DNA from: Lama glama
Taxonomy: Eukaryota
Direction of reading: 5' to 3'
Assembly (NCBI GenBank): GCA_028534125.1
Contig: CM052818.1
Location: forward strand, 4,280,001-4,344,000
DNA: 64,000 nucleotides
Below the pieces are notes generated by a model, which saw only the letters and a program-made list of their open reading frames with translations, did not search any database and was not told the origin of the DNA. Shown in pieces: positions 24,212 to 37,634 of the stretch. Numbering within the stretch: the first letter of the stretch is position 1; every line of letters begins with the position of its first letter. The translations under genes and the position numbers were made by a program.

Positions 24212-25763
24212 CAAACTATCATTGATACTCAAGGAATATTGTCTTTCTGGTGTTTTCTGTATTACATACTTTTGTGCAGTTACAAACAGGAGCAGGTTTA
24301 GGGTAATAGAAATATTACTAACACTAGTTAGTAGTAACAGTCTCGGCTGCCTGCCTGCTGCTGGCGTTAAAGGGGCACTTGCAGAATCGCAGAGCCTGGC
24401 AGTAGACCACCCCTGCCCTTAAGAAGCTTGCTGAAGACCCCAACCCCTGGGGGCTACTTCAGCCCAGAGGTCACTCTGGTAACACATGTCACTTGTCAGC
24501 GTTTGTCTCTTTTTAGGTAACGGGAATGTATTTTTCCAGACCTTCGTTCCATAAATATTCGGGGATTTGAAGTTACATGTTAACAAGTTTTAACATTTTG
24601 ATTTTCCACATTTCTTCCTTTGGTCTTTTGTCACCTCTGTTTTTGTTCTCTGCATTTATCTTTTAGCTTCTTTTAGCTTTGTCATGATTTTATCCTTCTA
24701 AACCTTGGGCTCTAGAATTTTAACTTTTCACCATTTCTATCCTTGACTTTACAGTATGTATTTTAGCCTTTTTATATTCTTTTTTATTTAGCCCTAATTG
24801 TTATCCTTAATCTATGTTTAACATTTTAGTTCTGTCCATTTTCATCCCTCTTTTTTATTTTATTTTTTTAAATTTTTAATCAACTGTATTACTTTAATTT
24901 TCTGAGTCATTCTGGGCTCAGACGTCTTATTTATAGTTCCTTTTTTATTCTCTTAACTTAAATTTCTGTTCACATGTTTTTCTTTTTAACTGTTTTCTCT
25001 TGTGTCCATAGTAACTTTTTTAAATCTGTTTTTAACTCCCGAACTATAACGACGGGCAAGATTTATGGGTCTAGGAGTAACCCAGCTGTGGTGAGAGCCA
25101 CACCACAGACAGAAATGTGGGGTGCACTCCTCCTTCTAGCCGGCTCTCCGCTTGCTTCCCTGGCTCTGCCTGGCAGATCATCTGTCTTAGTCAGTGTTCT
25201 TCTCCAAAAATAGATGTTAACTGGGTTGTACCAGAAACTCAGAAATGACAACTCCTTCACTTCCTGCTTATGTAAAAAGCATATTTGAGATGCTGGAATG
25301 ACTGCTCTTTAGAAAGAGTTCTAAGATCTATTCTATTCCGTATTCTAAAATCTAGGGTCTGTGAGATACATAGCTCGTCTACATAAGGGGCTGAGATTTA
25401 GGCAGGAAGGACCTCTTCTTCCTCCAATTTTCCCTCTTGCAACATATCAGGTATCAGCTGCTCAAACCAAAACCCCATGAGATCATAGAAGCCAAAGTGA
25501 TTTGTGAATAAATCAAATTATGTCGTCCCCTGTGCAAAACCTGTCAATATCTATCTTTCCATCATACCTCAAATGAATCAGAACTCTTTCCCAGAGCCTC
25601 CCCCGCTGCTGACCTGGTCCCTGCCTCTCTCCCCCTCCTCACCTGACCCTTTGCTGACCACACCGAGCGCTGGCCCACCCCAGAGACTTTGCACATGCAA
25701 TTCCTTCTTCCAGGGTGTTTGTTTCCTACTCTTTGCAAAGCGGGCTCTTTCTCATCCTTCAGG

Positions 25764-25876
25764 CAGGGTGGCCAGCCCTCCAGGTTTGCCCAGGCCTGAA
25801 GGGATTCCAGGGACGCAGGACTTTCAGCTTGAAAACCAAGGAAGCCCTAAGCAAACTGGGCCAAGCTGATCACTTA
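25764..25876. mobile_element. MER81-like hAT-Blackjack MITE
   Basis: cagggtggcc ... ggtttgcccagg ... gggacgcaggactttcag ... gcaaactggg ... gatcactta, ~113 bp with degenerate TIRs. Confidence 0.7.
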
Positions 25877-26599
25877 CTGTCATTCCTCAGCAAAGCTTTC
25901 CTGGCCTGTGGTGTCCATAGTGGGTTCCGCACCCAACTGCCTAATAGTCCTCATTTCAGCGTGGTGATGGCAAGCCCACTGGCTCTCAACATGGAGCCAA
26001 GAAAGGCTTGTGTCTGTGCCAGAGCTGCCTCCTCCTCGGCCTTGCCCAGCAGCTCTCTCGGCTGTGCTGGGTCACCCGTTTGCCACGGAGCCTCCACATA
26101 GAAGTCTCTTCCAGAATCTCCAAGTGGAAGCAGGAAAAGCCATCCTCTCTTCAGTTTACCTGCCTCTTCCCACTCTCCACACCAAGGCCCAAAGATAGAC
26201 ATTCACAACATACTTCTTCAGTCCCTCCTGATTCTTTCTCTCCGCCTTTCCCCACAATCCCACAACCAGAATGGGCGGCTTTCATGACCACCAGCGCTTC
26301 CCACATCCTGGCCTCACCATCTGGCCACTCCAGCAGGAGTCCCATCTTTCCTGGGCTTACATACTCCGTGGTCTCAGTGCTCAGGTCTTCAGGAAACTTA
26401 AACCCTCTCTCTCTCACCATGAACTAGACTTCAAGCCTACTGTCTTGCTGTAAATCTCAAAGAATGGCAAACAAAGGAATTGTACCCTTTTCTTACTCTC
26501 ACATTGCCTCTGTAACAGATCAAAATCACCCCCAAGTCTAACCAGGGAGATGGTCATATACCAGGAAAGGCACAATATTACTTTTCTCTCAATATCACC

Positions 26600-27860
26600 T
26601 CTGTTAAATTACATTTTCCTTTTTCAATTGGTTACGCCTTTAGTCTGGAACTAAAAATCTCACGCATTTCCTTCCTCACTAAGATGTCACTGTCAGGTTT
26701 GCAGTTCTCGTTCTAGTTCGCAGAAATTAGCCTTAAATCCTTTAAGTAAGAGAGAGGTGCTTATTTTTATTCATACTGAAATCTGCTGATTACAAACACA
26801 GGTATTTCCGAATGCAGATACAATCTTTGCCCCGTGGTTTTCATATCTAGACTAACCACTCTGAAGATAATTATAAAATTCTGCTCTTCTGGCATCTCTT
26901 CACTTCTTTTTTATGCTTTTGTTTAACTGCAATTTAGTAACTTCCCCTTGGTAGCAGTTTTTCATTCCATGAATATTCAGTTAGATGGTAAAAAGAATAG
27001 TCTCAGTTCATTTTCACCACGTCTGAAATCAGAGAACTTTTTGAAACTTAGTTCTTAGCTTCACAGTTATACTTCATACCATGATTCCTATTTTTGGAGA
27101 CTGACTTCAGTGTAGCAAAGTGGGTCAGATTATTATTTGCTAGTCGAGTTTCCTCAAGAAAGATTTCTCCAGGAATAAGTAGATTGCGTAATATGTTTAT
27201 GTCACCATTTATGAATCCCCACGCAGGATCATGTTCAGTGTGATGAGCTGAAATGTCAACCAAATGGCCGAGCCTTTGATCCAATCTTGCTGGTTATTTA
27301 AGGCAGGCATTCTTTTTCTTTTTTTTTTTTTTAAGGCCTAGGAAAGTTTTTTATAAGTATCTTTTATTACTTTTTTTTTTATTTTGGGCGGGTAATTCGT
27401 TTATTTATTTATTTATTTTTAGAGGAGGTACTGAGGATTGAACCCAGGACCCCGTGCATGCTAAGCACATGCTCTACCACTGAGCTACCCCCTCCCACCT
27501 AGGCATTCTTTTTTTAATAGCATAAAAGAAGTTTGCTGTTTTGTTTTGTTCTACACGTCAAGCAATCTCTTCAACATTTTGCAGAACTAAGTCAATTAAT
27601 TGCTGCAGCCACATTGTGCAGCTGATTTATTAAGCAGCGTATACGACTGTCTGGGTATTAAGTAATGGGGCCATGTTGAGTTCATCGTGAGGCATCCGTA
27701 GTGTTTCCCGTCTTTTATTTCAAGGACAGAGTATTCTTGGTGACTCTGTCATGAACACTTGTATGTATCATGTTCTGTCTCTGAATTTAAGTTTTGTAAC
27801 AAGTCCAGCATTAACACTAACCATCACAGGAGCATAATCATTTTGATCAGATTATATTAG
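26600..27860 (-). mobile_element. Charlie8-like hAT transposase fossil (GTF2IRD2 C-terminus-like), split by a SINE
   Basis: Minus-strand peptides APVMVSVNAGLVTKLKFR (27780-27833), LGHLVDISAH..EETRLANNNLTHFATLKSVSKN (ORF 27048-27284), EFYNYLQSG*SRYENHGAKIVSAFGNTCVCNQ (26786-26881); stops and frameshifts. Confidence 0.85.
27317..27500 (-). mobile_element. Camelid vic-1-type SINE with extended tail
   Basis: tRNA-like head ggtagctcagtggtagagc...ctgggttcaatcc; TSD aggcattcttttt at 27305 and 27501. Confidence 0.9.
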
Positions 27861-27869
27861 AAAATTTTA

Positions 27870-28710
27870 GACTGTTCACAGCACAGGATTAAGTAGATGA
27901 AGAAAATGTCCAAGCCCTGAGAGCCCTGAGAAACTCCATTATTCAGAGATGAAGAAGATGAAGAGGAGCCAGCAAAGGGGACTGAGAAGTGAAGTAGAGG
28001 GAAAACTAGGAAATAAAGTGAAAGGCTTTAAAAAGGCACGAGGCATCAATGACTCCGCATACCACTAGGTCAAATAGTAGGATGACAGGGACCATTGGTT
28101 TAATAATGTAGGGGTCATTTTTGTGTCTAAGAAATTGACAGGTATGGTTCATTGCATGTATAAATCTAATTGGAAATATTATTGCTCAAGAGTTGAAAAA
28201 AATGTCTGAGCACTTAGAGGACACATTGCATGAAAATTTTTATTTATTTGTAGTATTTCCAAAAATGATCCTATATGACCAGGACTCCACTGTTGCTTTG
28301 ATCTTACCTTCAGGATCTTTTTCTCTCCCACCTCCCACTCCTGCTTTGCCCTACAGGCATCCTTGATGTTCCTCGAGCATACTCCTACCTCAGGGCCTTT
28401 GCACTTGCTGTTACCTGTCTAGAATGCTTTTCTCCCAGATATCAGCATGGCTCAATCTCTTCCTTTAGGTCTCTGCTCCAATGCTATCTTATCAGAGAGA
28501 ATTTCCCCAACTCCTTTCACTAAAAGAGCACCGTTAGCCACTCACCCCCAACTCTTCTTTCCTGGTAGCTAACTTTGTATGTAAGAACTATCACCATATT
28601 ATAATTTTATCTATTTAACGAGACTATAAACTCAATGAGATCAGCAGCTGAAACAGTGCCTGGCACTTAGTGGTTATTCAATAAATATTTTGAATGGGTA
28701 TTAATTAAAT
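27870..28710. mobile_element. L2 fragments
   Basis: gaggagccagcaaaggggactgagaag; ctcagggcctttgcacttgctgtt; aacagtgcctggcacttagtgg...caataaatattttgaatg. Confidence 0.65.
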
Positions 28711-29914
28711 AAATGAAATGAAAGAAAAGCAACTGGATATTTTCACAGTAACTAGATACGCATAATTATTAATCTGCCAAGAAGAGTGAAAACCTCAACT
28801 TTGACTACGGAACACATTTTTAGAATGAACAAGGCAAATGTCTTGCAAACATCGCCACACCCACCCTTTTATCTAACAAGATGTAAATGTCCATCTCAGA
28901 GCGTTCTGGTCAGAACTCTACTGTAGTCTTTCCTAGTCTCTGGTACCCAGTTTCAGTGTTGCTGTTGAGGAGTCCTATAGCATCCTTACTCTTAATTGCT
29001 TACATGTGCTCTATTTTTATTTGTTTTCTTCTCTGATGTTCTTAAATTTCACAGTGACATGCTTTGAAAAATCAGTACTAGACTCTCTATTCAAGTTTCC
29101 AGTTTCCATCTTTATACCCTAAGCTTTTTTTTTTTTTTTAATTTTTTCAAGTCAAATCCAAGCTTGGGATTTTTTCAGCTTTCAGCCTACTGCCTTATTT
29201 GCAGTCAGACTTCCGGTTGGTTTTCTAACCTACAAATTACACAGGATCACAAAACTACCAGGTAGTTTAGTGCCATCACCTCCAGCATTGTAGTTGGCAG
29301 TGCTTCCCCATCGGGACTTCAGAGAACCTATGTGGCAGTTAAGAGAATGAGGACTTACCATCGACTTTGTTTAAAATTAAAAGCAGTATAAGCCACGTTA
29401 ATCGTGTGCCTTGTCTTGCCTGGAAGATACGCTTTTTTATAAGTATTGCCTAAAAATTTGAAAAATGCGCAGGGTAGACTGGATCATTGCCCCTGAAGGG
29501 TATTTGTTGGGCTGTCTGACCAGGGGAATGGCATCACAGCCAAAGGGCAGAACTCCCGGAAAGCAAAGGCCCTTCCACTCTAACGACACAGCCAGCCTTC
29601 TGGGTCGGTCAAGGTCAAGGAGGCTGCCTGTTTGTGTTGCTCCTGGAAAGGTCCTTCTCCATCAAAAGGAAAATAAAACTGTTTGAAGGATGAGTTGACC
29701 TTGGTTTTCTCGAGATGGAAGCCACAGCTGATTAATTTTTTTCTTTCTCAAATGCATTTTGCTATTTTTTTTCCTCACAGAAACCTGGGTTTCTTATCCT
29801 TTTACAACTGAATTTTCTCTATTTGATTTCAAAGAATGGCCGGGACAGGAGGCTGGCTCATCACGAGGTGCATTATGAACACCTGAGCCCTCAAAGAGCG
29901 CCCCTGGAAAATGA

Positions 29915-30353
29915 TGTTGCTGGAGAATCGATTCTTGACTTGCACAGGATAGAATTCAAAAGCGAGGCATAGCAGAGTGAAAGCAAGTTTATTTAGAGAG
30001 ATACACACTCAGTAGACAGAGTGCAGGCCACCTCCGAAGGCAAGAGACGGGGCCACCATGAGGCTGGGGGCTGTTAGTTCTCATGCGCTCAGTAATTTCA
30101 CATGCTTCAAGCAGCAGGATTTTTCCAACCATTTTGGGGAATGGTTGGGAATTAACAGGAACTGGGCCGCACCTAATTTTTGACCTTTTATGGTCAGCCT
30201 AGGAACTGTCATGGCGCCTGAGGGTGTCCCGTGAGGCTTAAGGTCCGCTGGAAGTTCAATCTCCTGCCATCTTGGTTCTAACCAGTTTGTCCTTCCTCAA
30301 TGGCTGTGTCATTCCTTCAATGGTTGGGCCCTGCCCCCTTCAGTCCTGTCTCA
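29915..30353 (-). mobile_element. Solo ERV1-type LTR, 439 bp
   Basis: Minus strand begins tgagacagga and ends gcaaca; aataaa near its 3' end; near-TSD atga/atgg. Confidence 0.75.
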
Positions 30354-30457
30354 ATGGGATCAAATTTTTATAGTGAATAATTAAAAACAATTTTTTGATT
30401 GGGACTTTATCTTGAAAACTTTCATTACAATGTAAGAAACTATAATAGAATAATAAT

Positions 30458-30954
30458 TGTGGTAGACAGGATAATGGCCCCCTCAAAGACGTGCAGATTC
30501 TATTCCCTGGAACCTGTATATTAGGCTACATAGAGAGAGGAAATGAAGGTGTTAATCCACTGACTTTAAAATGGAGAGATTGTACCGGATTATTCAGGTG
30601 GGCTGGATACATTCACAAGGGTGCTAAATGGGGATGAGCGAGGCAGCAGAGTCGGAACCAGAGAGATGGCATCAACCGAGCTGTTGCTGGCTTTGAAAAT
30701 GCAAAGGGTTTCTGAGCCAAAGAATGTGGGAAGCTTCTGGAGCTCCAAAAGGCAAAACAAAACAAAACATGGTTGTCCCCCACCCCCAGAGCCTCCAGGA
30801 AGGAACACTGACTGCTCTGTAGACGCCCTGATTCGAGCCCAGAGGGGCCCATTTTGGACTTCTAACCTCCAGAATGATTAGATAATAAATCTGTGCTATT
30901 TTAAGCCACTAAATTTGTGGTAATTTATTACAACAGCAAAAGGAAACTACTACA
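30458..30954 (+). mobile_element. MLT1 (MaLR) solo LTR, MLT1D-like
   Basis: tgtggtagacaggataatggcccc ... ttaagccactaaatttgtggtaatttattacaacagc...taca; near-TSD ataat/ataaa. Confidence 0.85.
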
Positions 30955-31289
30955 ATAAATTTTTATTGAAAGACAACACAATTAAATTCAAAAAGCTCAT
31001 TAATCTTAAGTGTACAGATCATAAATCTGTCTTCCCCATATTCATAAGCCCAGTTATAGAACATTCCAGCATTCTATAAGATTCTCTCCTGCAATTTCTC
31101 AGATTATACACTACACCTCTAAAAGTAATCAATACTCTTACTTATACGAGCATCAATTTTGCCTGATCTTCTTAAAATTTACATAAATATAATCATACAA
31201 TATATATTCTTTGCAGGCTGGTTTCTATCACGCAACGTAGCGTCTATGAGAGTAACTCGTGCAGGGTAATCATTTGAAATATTAACAGA

Positions 31290-32080
31290 AGCACTTTTTT
31301 ATTCCGGGCCATTTTTATTACTCTCTTAGCCTCTCCAGAGCGGGGAGCAGAACCCAGCTACAAAAAGAAAAGGAAACCGTGTTCAGTTTTTAGTCCCAAA
31401 CTAGGCATTTGATACCCATTTTAGAGATAACAGTTATGAAAGACAACGTTTTCATTAGCAAGTGCTCAGTTTTACTAGGAGAGGAAAGAAATTTTATGTT
31501 CAGTTAAATCAAAGCTGAGGGATTAGATGGAGTTCAGTCAAAGTTAACAAGACAGTAGGGAAATATAAGGGTAAGATTTAGACATTTTCTGAAATACAGG
31601 AAAAGCTTTTTAAAAAATTCATTCCAACCAAATATCTTTTCCCAACTGCCTTGGTGCTATAAACACCGCACTCCCCTCACACAAGCAGGTATCACCTTAA
31701 GGAGGAGGCAGGAAAACAGCCTTGAATTTGAATCTTGAGTATTTCAAGCTTAAGGTCCCAGTGTGCTCTCTCTGCAGGTTCTGCAACGTGCACCCTCCTT
31801 CCAGCACCAGGTTCCTAAGTGCATGCTGATCAGCAGTACCTTTTGGCCAGCATCTTCCTCTAGTACCACCCATTTTCCAGCAGAATCCCTCCTGTGAGAC
31901 TTCTCTGACGATAGCTTTCCCCAGCACCCTGGAGAGTAGATTTCCAGTAAGTTCCACCAGTGGGGCACCTGAATGACTTCTCCACCATCCAGTGAACCAG
32001 GGCAACAGCCTCCCCAGTGAGGTCTGGTTCTCAGCCCCAGGGGACCCTCTTCCTTGGGTGTTCTAGCTCTGCCTCTCACT
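31290..32080. mobile_element. Ancient LTR78-like element
   Basis: ccagcaccctggagagtagatttccagtaagttccaccag...gacttctccaccatccagtga...aggtctggttctcagccc resembles the recalled LTR78 consensus. Confidence 0.5.
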
Positions 32081-32379
32081 TAAATCCTTGGCAGGTGCCT
32101 TCCTCTCTTGCTTCAAAGAGATGTCAGAGGGCAGGCAGCATAAATTCCACCCTCTTTCTTCCTCTCAACCTCTAAAGAACTCTATTTCTACTACTGTCTC
32201 AGTTTCCTTTTTCACATCAGTAGTACCCCTCCAGCTTTCCATGACATGCTCTGTCTGGGCCAGTGATCCAATCTTTCACCACCTCCTCCAAAACCCTCCT
32301 CACTTCCTCCTTTCTTCTCCTCTCCAGCATATTCCTACCCTCAGTCTACGAACACTGAGTTCCCCACTGAGAGAAAAAT

Positions 32380-33240
32380 CTCTCTCTTTGTTCTGACCAG
32401 TCCTCCAAACCGCACCTCTACATGGATGACTCAGAACATGAAACATATGAGCAAAATCAACCCCTGATGCTACTGACCTACCACGTCCCACATCTGCGCC
32501 TCCCCCAGTCTTCCCACATCAGTAAATGTTTCCACCGTTTGTCCAGTCACTCAGGTCAAACACCTCGCAGTCAGCCTTCCTTTGTCTTTCTCCCGTAACC
32601 CAACATCATTCAGCAGGTCTTGATTGATCATTCTACTGCCAAAACACATCCCAAATCTGACCCTTTCTCTCCATCTTCAGTGCTACTAGTGTGGTCCTTG
32701 CAAGTCTTACTCTTGGCCTGAATGACTCAGCAACTTCCCATGTTTCTGAGCGTTAATACATGCCTCCTGTGGTCCATTCTTCATGAAGCAGCCAAAGAGA
32801 ATTTGAAAGTTGTCACTTCTCTAAAATCCACAAATGGTGAATCACATCACTTCTCTAAAATCCATCAGTGATGTCCTCTCACCCTTAGAATGAAACCCAA
32901 GCTCCTTCCCCGTCTCTCTAATGTCTCCTATCACTTTCCCCCTAGTTTATCAAGCCCTGGACACACTGGCCTTCTTTGTGTTCCTTGATGACGTGGCGTT
33001 CAGTCCTGCCCTGGGATCTATGCACTTTCTCTTTTCACAGGCTGGAAGGTGCTTATTTCATGCCTGTTTATTTTCATCAGTAGCACATTCAGTGTCTGAA
33101 GTTGTCTCGATTGTTTACGGACCGTCCCTGCACACTAGATCGCAAGCTTCCTGGCAGTGGGCATCGTGCTGCCTTAATCACCTAGGAGTGAACAAGCACT
33201 AATGAACTAACATGGGCCCGTTGAGCAAATAAATGAGTGA
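32380..33240. mobile_element. L2 fragment
   Basis: catcagtaaatg, ccagtcactcagg, tctgaccctttctctccatct, cttagaatgaaacccaagctcctt, cacactggccttctt. Confidence 0.65.
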
Positions 33241-36200
33241 GTTACTCTGAGTTACCATCTGACATCCTATTACTCCTGGAAGCTACAAACCAGTTCTCTG
33301 TAATTCACCATGACATGCTTTTAGAGTGGATCGTCTGCAACCACTGCTTGCTCTTTTTACTTACTTACCCTCACCGTTTTCTCTGTGCTGTGACTTTTCT
33401 CCTCACCGTCCTTCTGAAAATTCTCCCTTGAAGGTCACTGCGAGCTCTCATGACCAAATCCAACAGCCTACGTGAAGCCTCAGCCTTCTCACCCGCAGTG
33501 CCTGTGACACCGCTGCCCACTTCCCTTTTCTTGCGGAATCACACTTGTTTCTAGGCTTCTGTAGACCGTGTCTTGCCAACACCTTTGCTGGCCCCTCTTC
33601 CGGCTCCCGATCTCCATCCACGGGTCTTCCTGCTTGTCAACATAGAGTTGTGTTAATTTCTTAATTCTACGTGTTCTCCTCTGGTGAGCACATCTGTCTC
33701 CTAGGACTGCAGATCCTCAATCTCCACTCTCTCTCCTTACAACAAACTCATGTCCCGAACACGCCCTCATGCTACGATTTTCTTTTCTCGATTAAGGAAC
33801 TGTTCTTCTCAGAGGATGTAATTACTACAGTCCTCTCTGAGTACCTCTTAACTCTCACCATCTTATTCAGACACTGCCATCTGTGGATTCTTGCTTTGAC
33901 ATGATTGTGTTTATCATTATTTTTACTACCTACCCTCTGATACATGCAGGTGAGCCAGCAGAGTCCACTAACTGATTTCCTAGTCCATGAGTCACCTTCC
34001 TCCAAGCTACCTCCATCCCTTGAACAAATGGCTCCCCATTGCCTCCGTGGAAAAAGAAAAATCTCAAATTCTTTAGTTATTCATTCGGTACAGAGCCATA
34101 AGCCAGTCTTCTAGACTTTCCTCAACATTTCTTTTGAAGCAGAAATCTTCTAAGTCCATTATTTACAGAGCAGAAGAATCAGATAGTAAAAGTGAATGAA
34201 CTGTCCATTATAATCATTAATAAAGATTATCAAAATCTCTGCAAATTTTAACATTAATAGCTATGTAAACAATCAACTGAAATTTTTGTTATATTTCTCT
34301 CATTGACAAGGAAACTTTCTTTTTCAAGTGTAGGTGAAATTCAACTAAATTTCCAGCTCCATAAAGTCTCTCTCACCATTGAAAAGTGTTCTGTTGGTTT
34401 TCTATCCCATCTCTATCAGTTATGTATCTACTTCCCTGTGCAATCAAGTGTCTTAAAAGAAGAGTTTACACTCTTGTTTGTCTTTAATGTATACACTTAC
34501 CCAGGCTGAGCTCACGTTTCTTCAGTTCCCACATCATGGGCGCACAGTAAATAGTGAACACATAAGTGGATGAATACGTGGGCTCTTGTTCTCCCTGGGC
34601 ATCCTCATTCATTACCACAGCTTCAAATACCCACAGACAAGCTCGTGACTCCAAAACCTCAAACTCCACTTTGACCCTTCTTCTTCACTCCACTCCTGTA
34701 CATCCCCAACTGCTACTGGGCAGTGACTCCTACCCAGGACTTTAGGTTTAGTATTTTCCTATCTAGATGCATCATCTTTTCCACTAACCAGGCTGTTCTT
34801 TTTGTATTTATTACACTCACCAATCAAGTGATCATCTTCCAGGTCCATTGGATACAGGTCAGGGTCAGAGTCTTCTTGACGCCCTTGATGGTCTGCTTGG
34901 GGTGAAGGGAAGTACCCTCCCCCCAGCCCCACGGAGTGGAAAGGAAAATTCCACTGCATTACAAGTGTTTTCCCCAATGAAACAACCTCCCTAATTTCCA
35001 ACTGATCTCTCCAAGTTCTTCTTTCTTAGATTCCCCCAGACAGAAGAAGAGTCAAGGTTCGCACATCTGGCTTTTGTTCTCCTTTTGCAAATTTTGATAT
35101 GAGAGTACCTGTCATCTACTATTTGTTCTGGACCTTTTAAGGGCATTAGCTGAATAGAGACAGAAAGAATCTCATTTTACCACCTTGTTAAACTACTGTA
35201 TATTGACCTCCATGCCAGCGTCAGTTATTTCACTTCAGTGATTTTATTTAATCCTTACCTCAGTGCTGCAACACAGGTGCCAGTCTCTCCATATTCCGAT
35301 GCAGATTCAAGGCTCAGAGGGGTCAGTTAGGAACTGATGAAGTAGGTGTGGCATTTGATCTCCCTCCTGACCGTGAGACAGAACCCCCTTCTGTAGTGCG
35401 GGTGGAAGAATTCAGGATCATTTAAAATTGTTTGACTTCAGTGGGTTGATCTCGCATCAGACGTGCCCTGTGAGGAAGAATGACAGTCCTCCTTGTCTGA
35501 ACGTGAAGCCGACAACGCTTTAATCTTCATGCGAGCTCGCCAGCAAACGCACTACTTTTCTGTCATCGTGGCCTTTCTTGGGAAGCTTGTTCAGCTTCAC
35601 TGATTCGCGCACATTGGACAATCTATCTCCTCTGAGCTGCCATTCAGAGGGAAATTTGATTATCAGAATTACAGGAAGCATTTGGCTGAACGAAACCCAA
35701 CTGATCAAAACTCCCAAATAACAGGAACTTTCTTCTATATTCCAGTTTAAAGATAAAGAAGCAAGTCACAAGGCAGGAGATCAATGTGAGAGATGGGGGA
35801 GGAAGGAGGATGGAGTGCTTAAGAGAAGAGCTTCCTGTTGGTTGTGGGTTGGGGCCACCTGAGCTGCTGGTCCTGCGTGGAGATGCTTTGAAACCTTATT
35901 AAGAATGTTACCAGGAGAGTAGGGTGGGGATGGGGTTGATGGGCTCCATTGTTTAAAAAATCAGGAGTGCTGATAAAAGAAGTAAACCCTTGAAAGCTTC
36001 CAGTCCTGCGCCTGCTCATGTTCACCATTAGCTAGCTTTACGTGGATGGAACGTCGGTCTGGCTGTGTTGGATGGGAACGTGGGACATCTTGTTGACTTG
36101 TAGACGTGCCACTGCCCTCATGTATGAGTAAACATACCTGTGAGATCCACCAAAAAAAAAAAAAAAGAGAGAGAGAGAGAGAAGAGCTTCCCCATTTCCT

Positions 36201-36649
36201 TCTCCTGCCTTGGGCAATGATAGCCGAAGACCAGGAGGCTATCATTGCCTCCAGTAATGCAGACTCCTCACTCAGCAAAGAGAATCTCACACAGCTCCGC
36301 CACACTCCTTAGGAAGACAGGGGCCTGGTCTTGCAACTTGAAGAAGGTTGTCAGGCTAAAGATTTGATATTAGGAAGCTGCCTGTTTAATATTCAAAGAG
36401 CAAGAACTCTGGGTTAGCCTGAACATTCCCAAAGCACTCTGGGTATCCACATTTTACTCTCAGGTGCTCCTCGGCCCACTAGGGAAGGAGACGAGGGACA
36501 ATGCTTTAAATCCTGGTGACTTCTGGACTAGCCCCTCGGGAGTGCTGAGAGCAGGGAGTCCCAGCCAAGAAAGTCATGAGCAGCTACCCATGCTACGGGG
36601 CACTGGTGTCCGCCGGACCCCAGATACAAAGCCTCCTATGTGCAAAGCA

Positions 36650-37450
36650 TGGCTTCATTGAGATACGACTGACATACAAAAGGCCGCATATATTTAAAGC
36701 ATACAACTTGATGAGCTTTGACGTAAGTATATGCCTGCAAAACCATCACCACTATCAAGATAAATGGACACATCCATCACTCTCAAAAATGTCCAGACCT
36801 TTGAAATTCCCACCCGCTCCCCCGACTCCCGCCTCCTCTCCAGCCCCAGGCAACCCCTGATCTGTTTTCTGTCACTATAGATTCGTTTACATTTTCTAGA
36901 ATTTCATATTAATACAGTATGTATTCTTGTTTGTCTGGCTTTTTCCACTCAGCATACTTATTTTGAGATTCATCTGTGTTGCATGTATCAGTAGTCCATT
37001 TATTTTTATAATAATCCTTTGTATGAATATACACAATTTGTCTCTCTATTAACCTTTTATTGTATGTTTGGGTTGTTTCCATTTTATGGCTGTTACAGGA
37101 ACATTCAAGTATGCGTTTTGTATAGACATATGTTTTCATTTCTCTTGAGTATCTGTCCATGAGTGGGCTGGCTGGTACACATTAAACTTTCTTTAGAAAC
37201 TGTCAAATTGTTCTCCAGAGTGGTTGTAACTATTTTGCTTTCCCATCAGCAGCGTAGGAGAGTTTCACTTCCTTCGCAATTTTTTGACACTTGGGGTGGT
37301 CAGTCTTTCTAATTTTGGCCATTCTACTAGGCAAGCACTCGCATCTCATCGCAGTTTTAATTTGCGTTTCCCTGATGACTTACGATATTGAGCATCTTTT
37401 CATGTGCTTAATCAGCCACCCATACTTCTTCTTCGGTAAAATGGCCCTCC
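36650..37450 (-). mobile_element. L1MB-like fragment
   Basis: ccccaggcaacccctgatctg, ttttccactcagcata, tttgcgtttccctgatgact...gagcatcttttcatgtgctt. Confidence 0.85.
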
Positions 37451-37634
37451 TTTTCATTAGGTTTTGTTTTCTTATTATTAACAAAACACGACTTTTGACC
37501 ACATAGCTTTGTTTTTTTGTTTTTTTTTTTTCCTTTGCATGCACCCAGTGATATCAGTACAGTTAGGTTAAAAAAGTTTAAATACACACACAAAGGCACA
37601 AGTGTGTATATATATATATATATTCAGAAGCCTC

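Noticed and set aside
32813..32864. 18-bp direct repeat tcacttctctaaaatcca; similar short duplications near 2367, 59206 and 62377
   Set aside because: Two-copy slippage duplications; no array or CRISPR-like structure.
35922..35943. Canonical G-quadruplex motif gggtggggatggggttgatggg
   Set aside because: Common in mammalian DNA and nothing else points to function.
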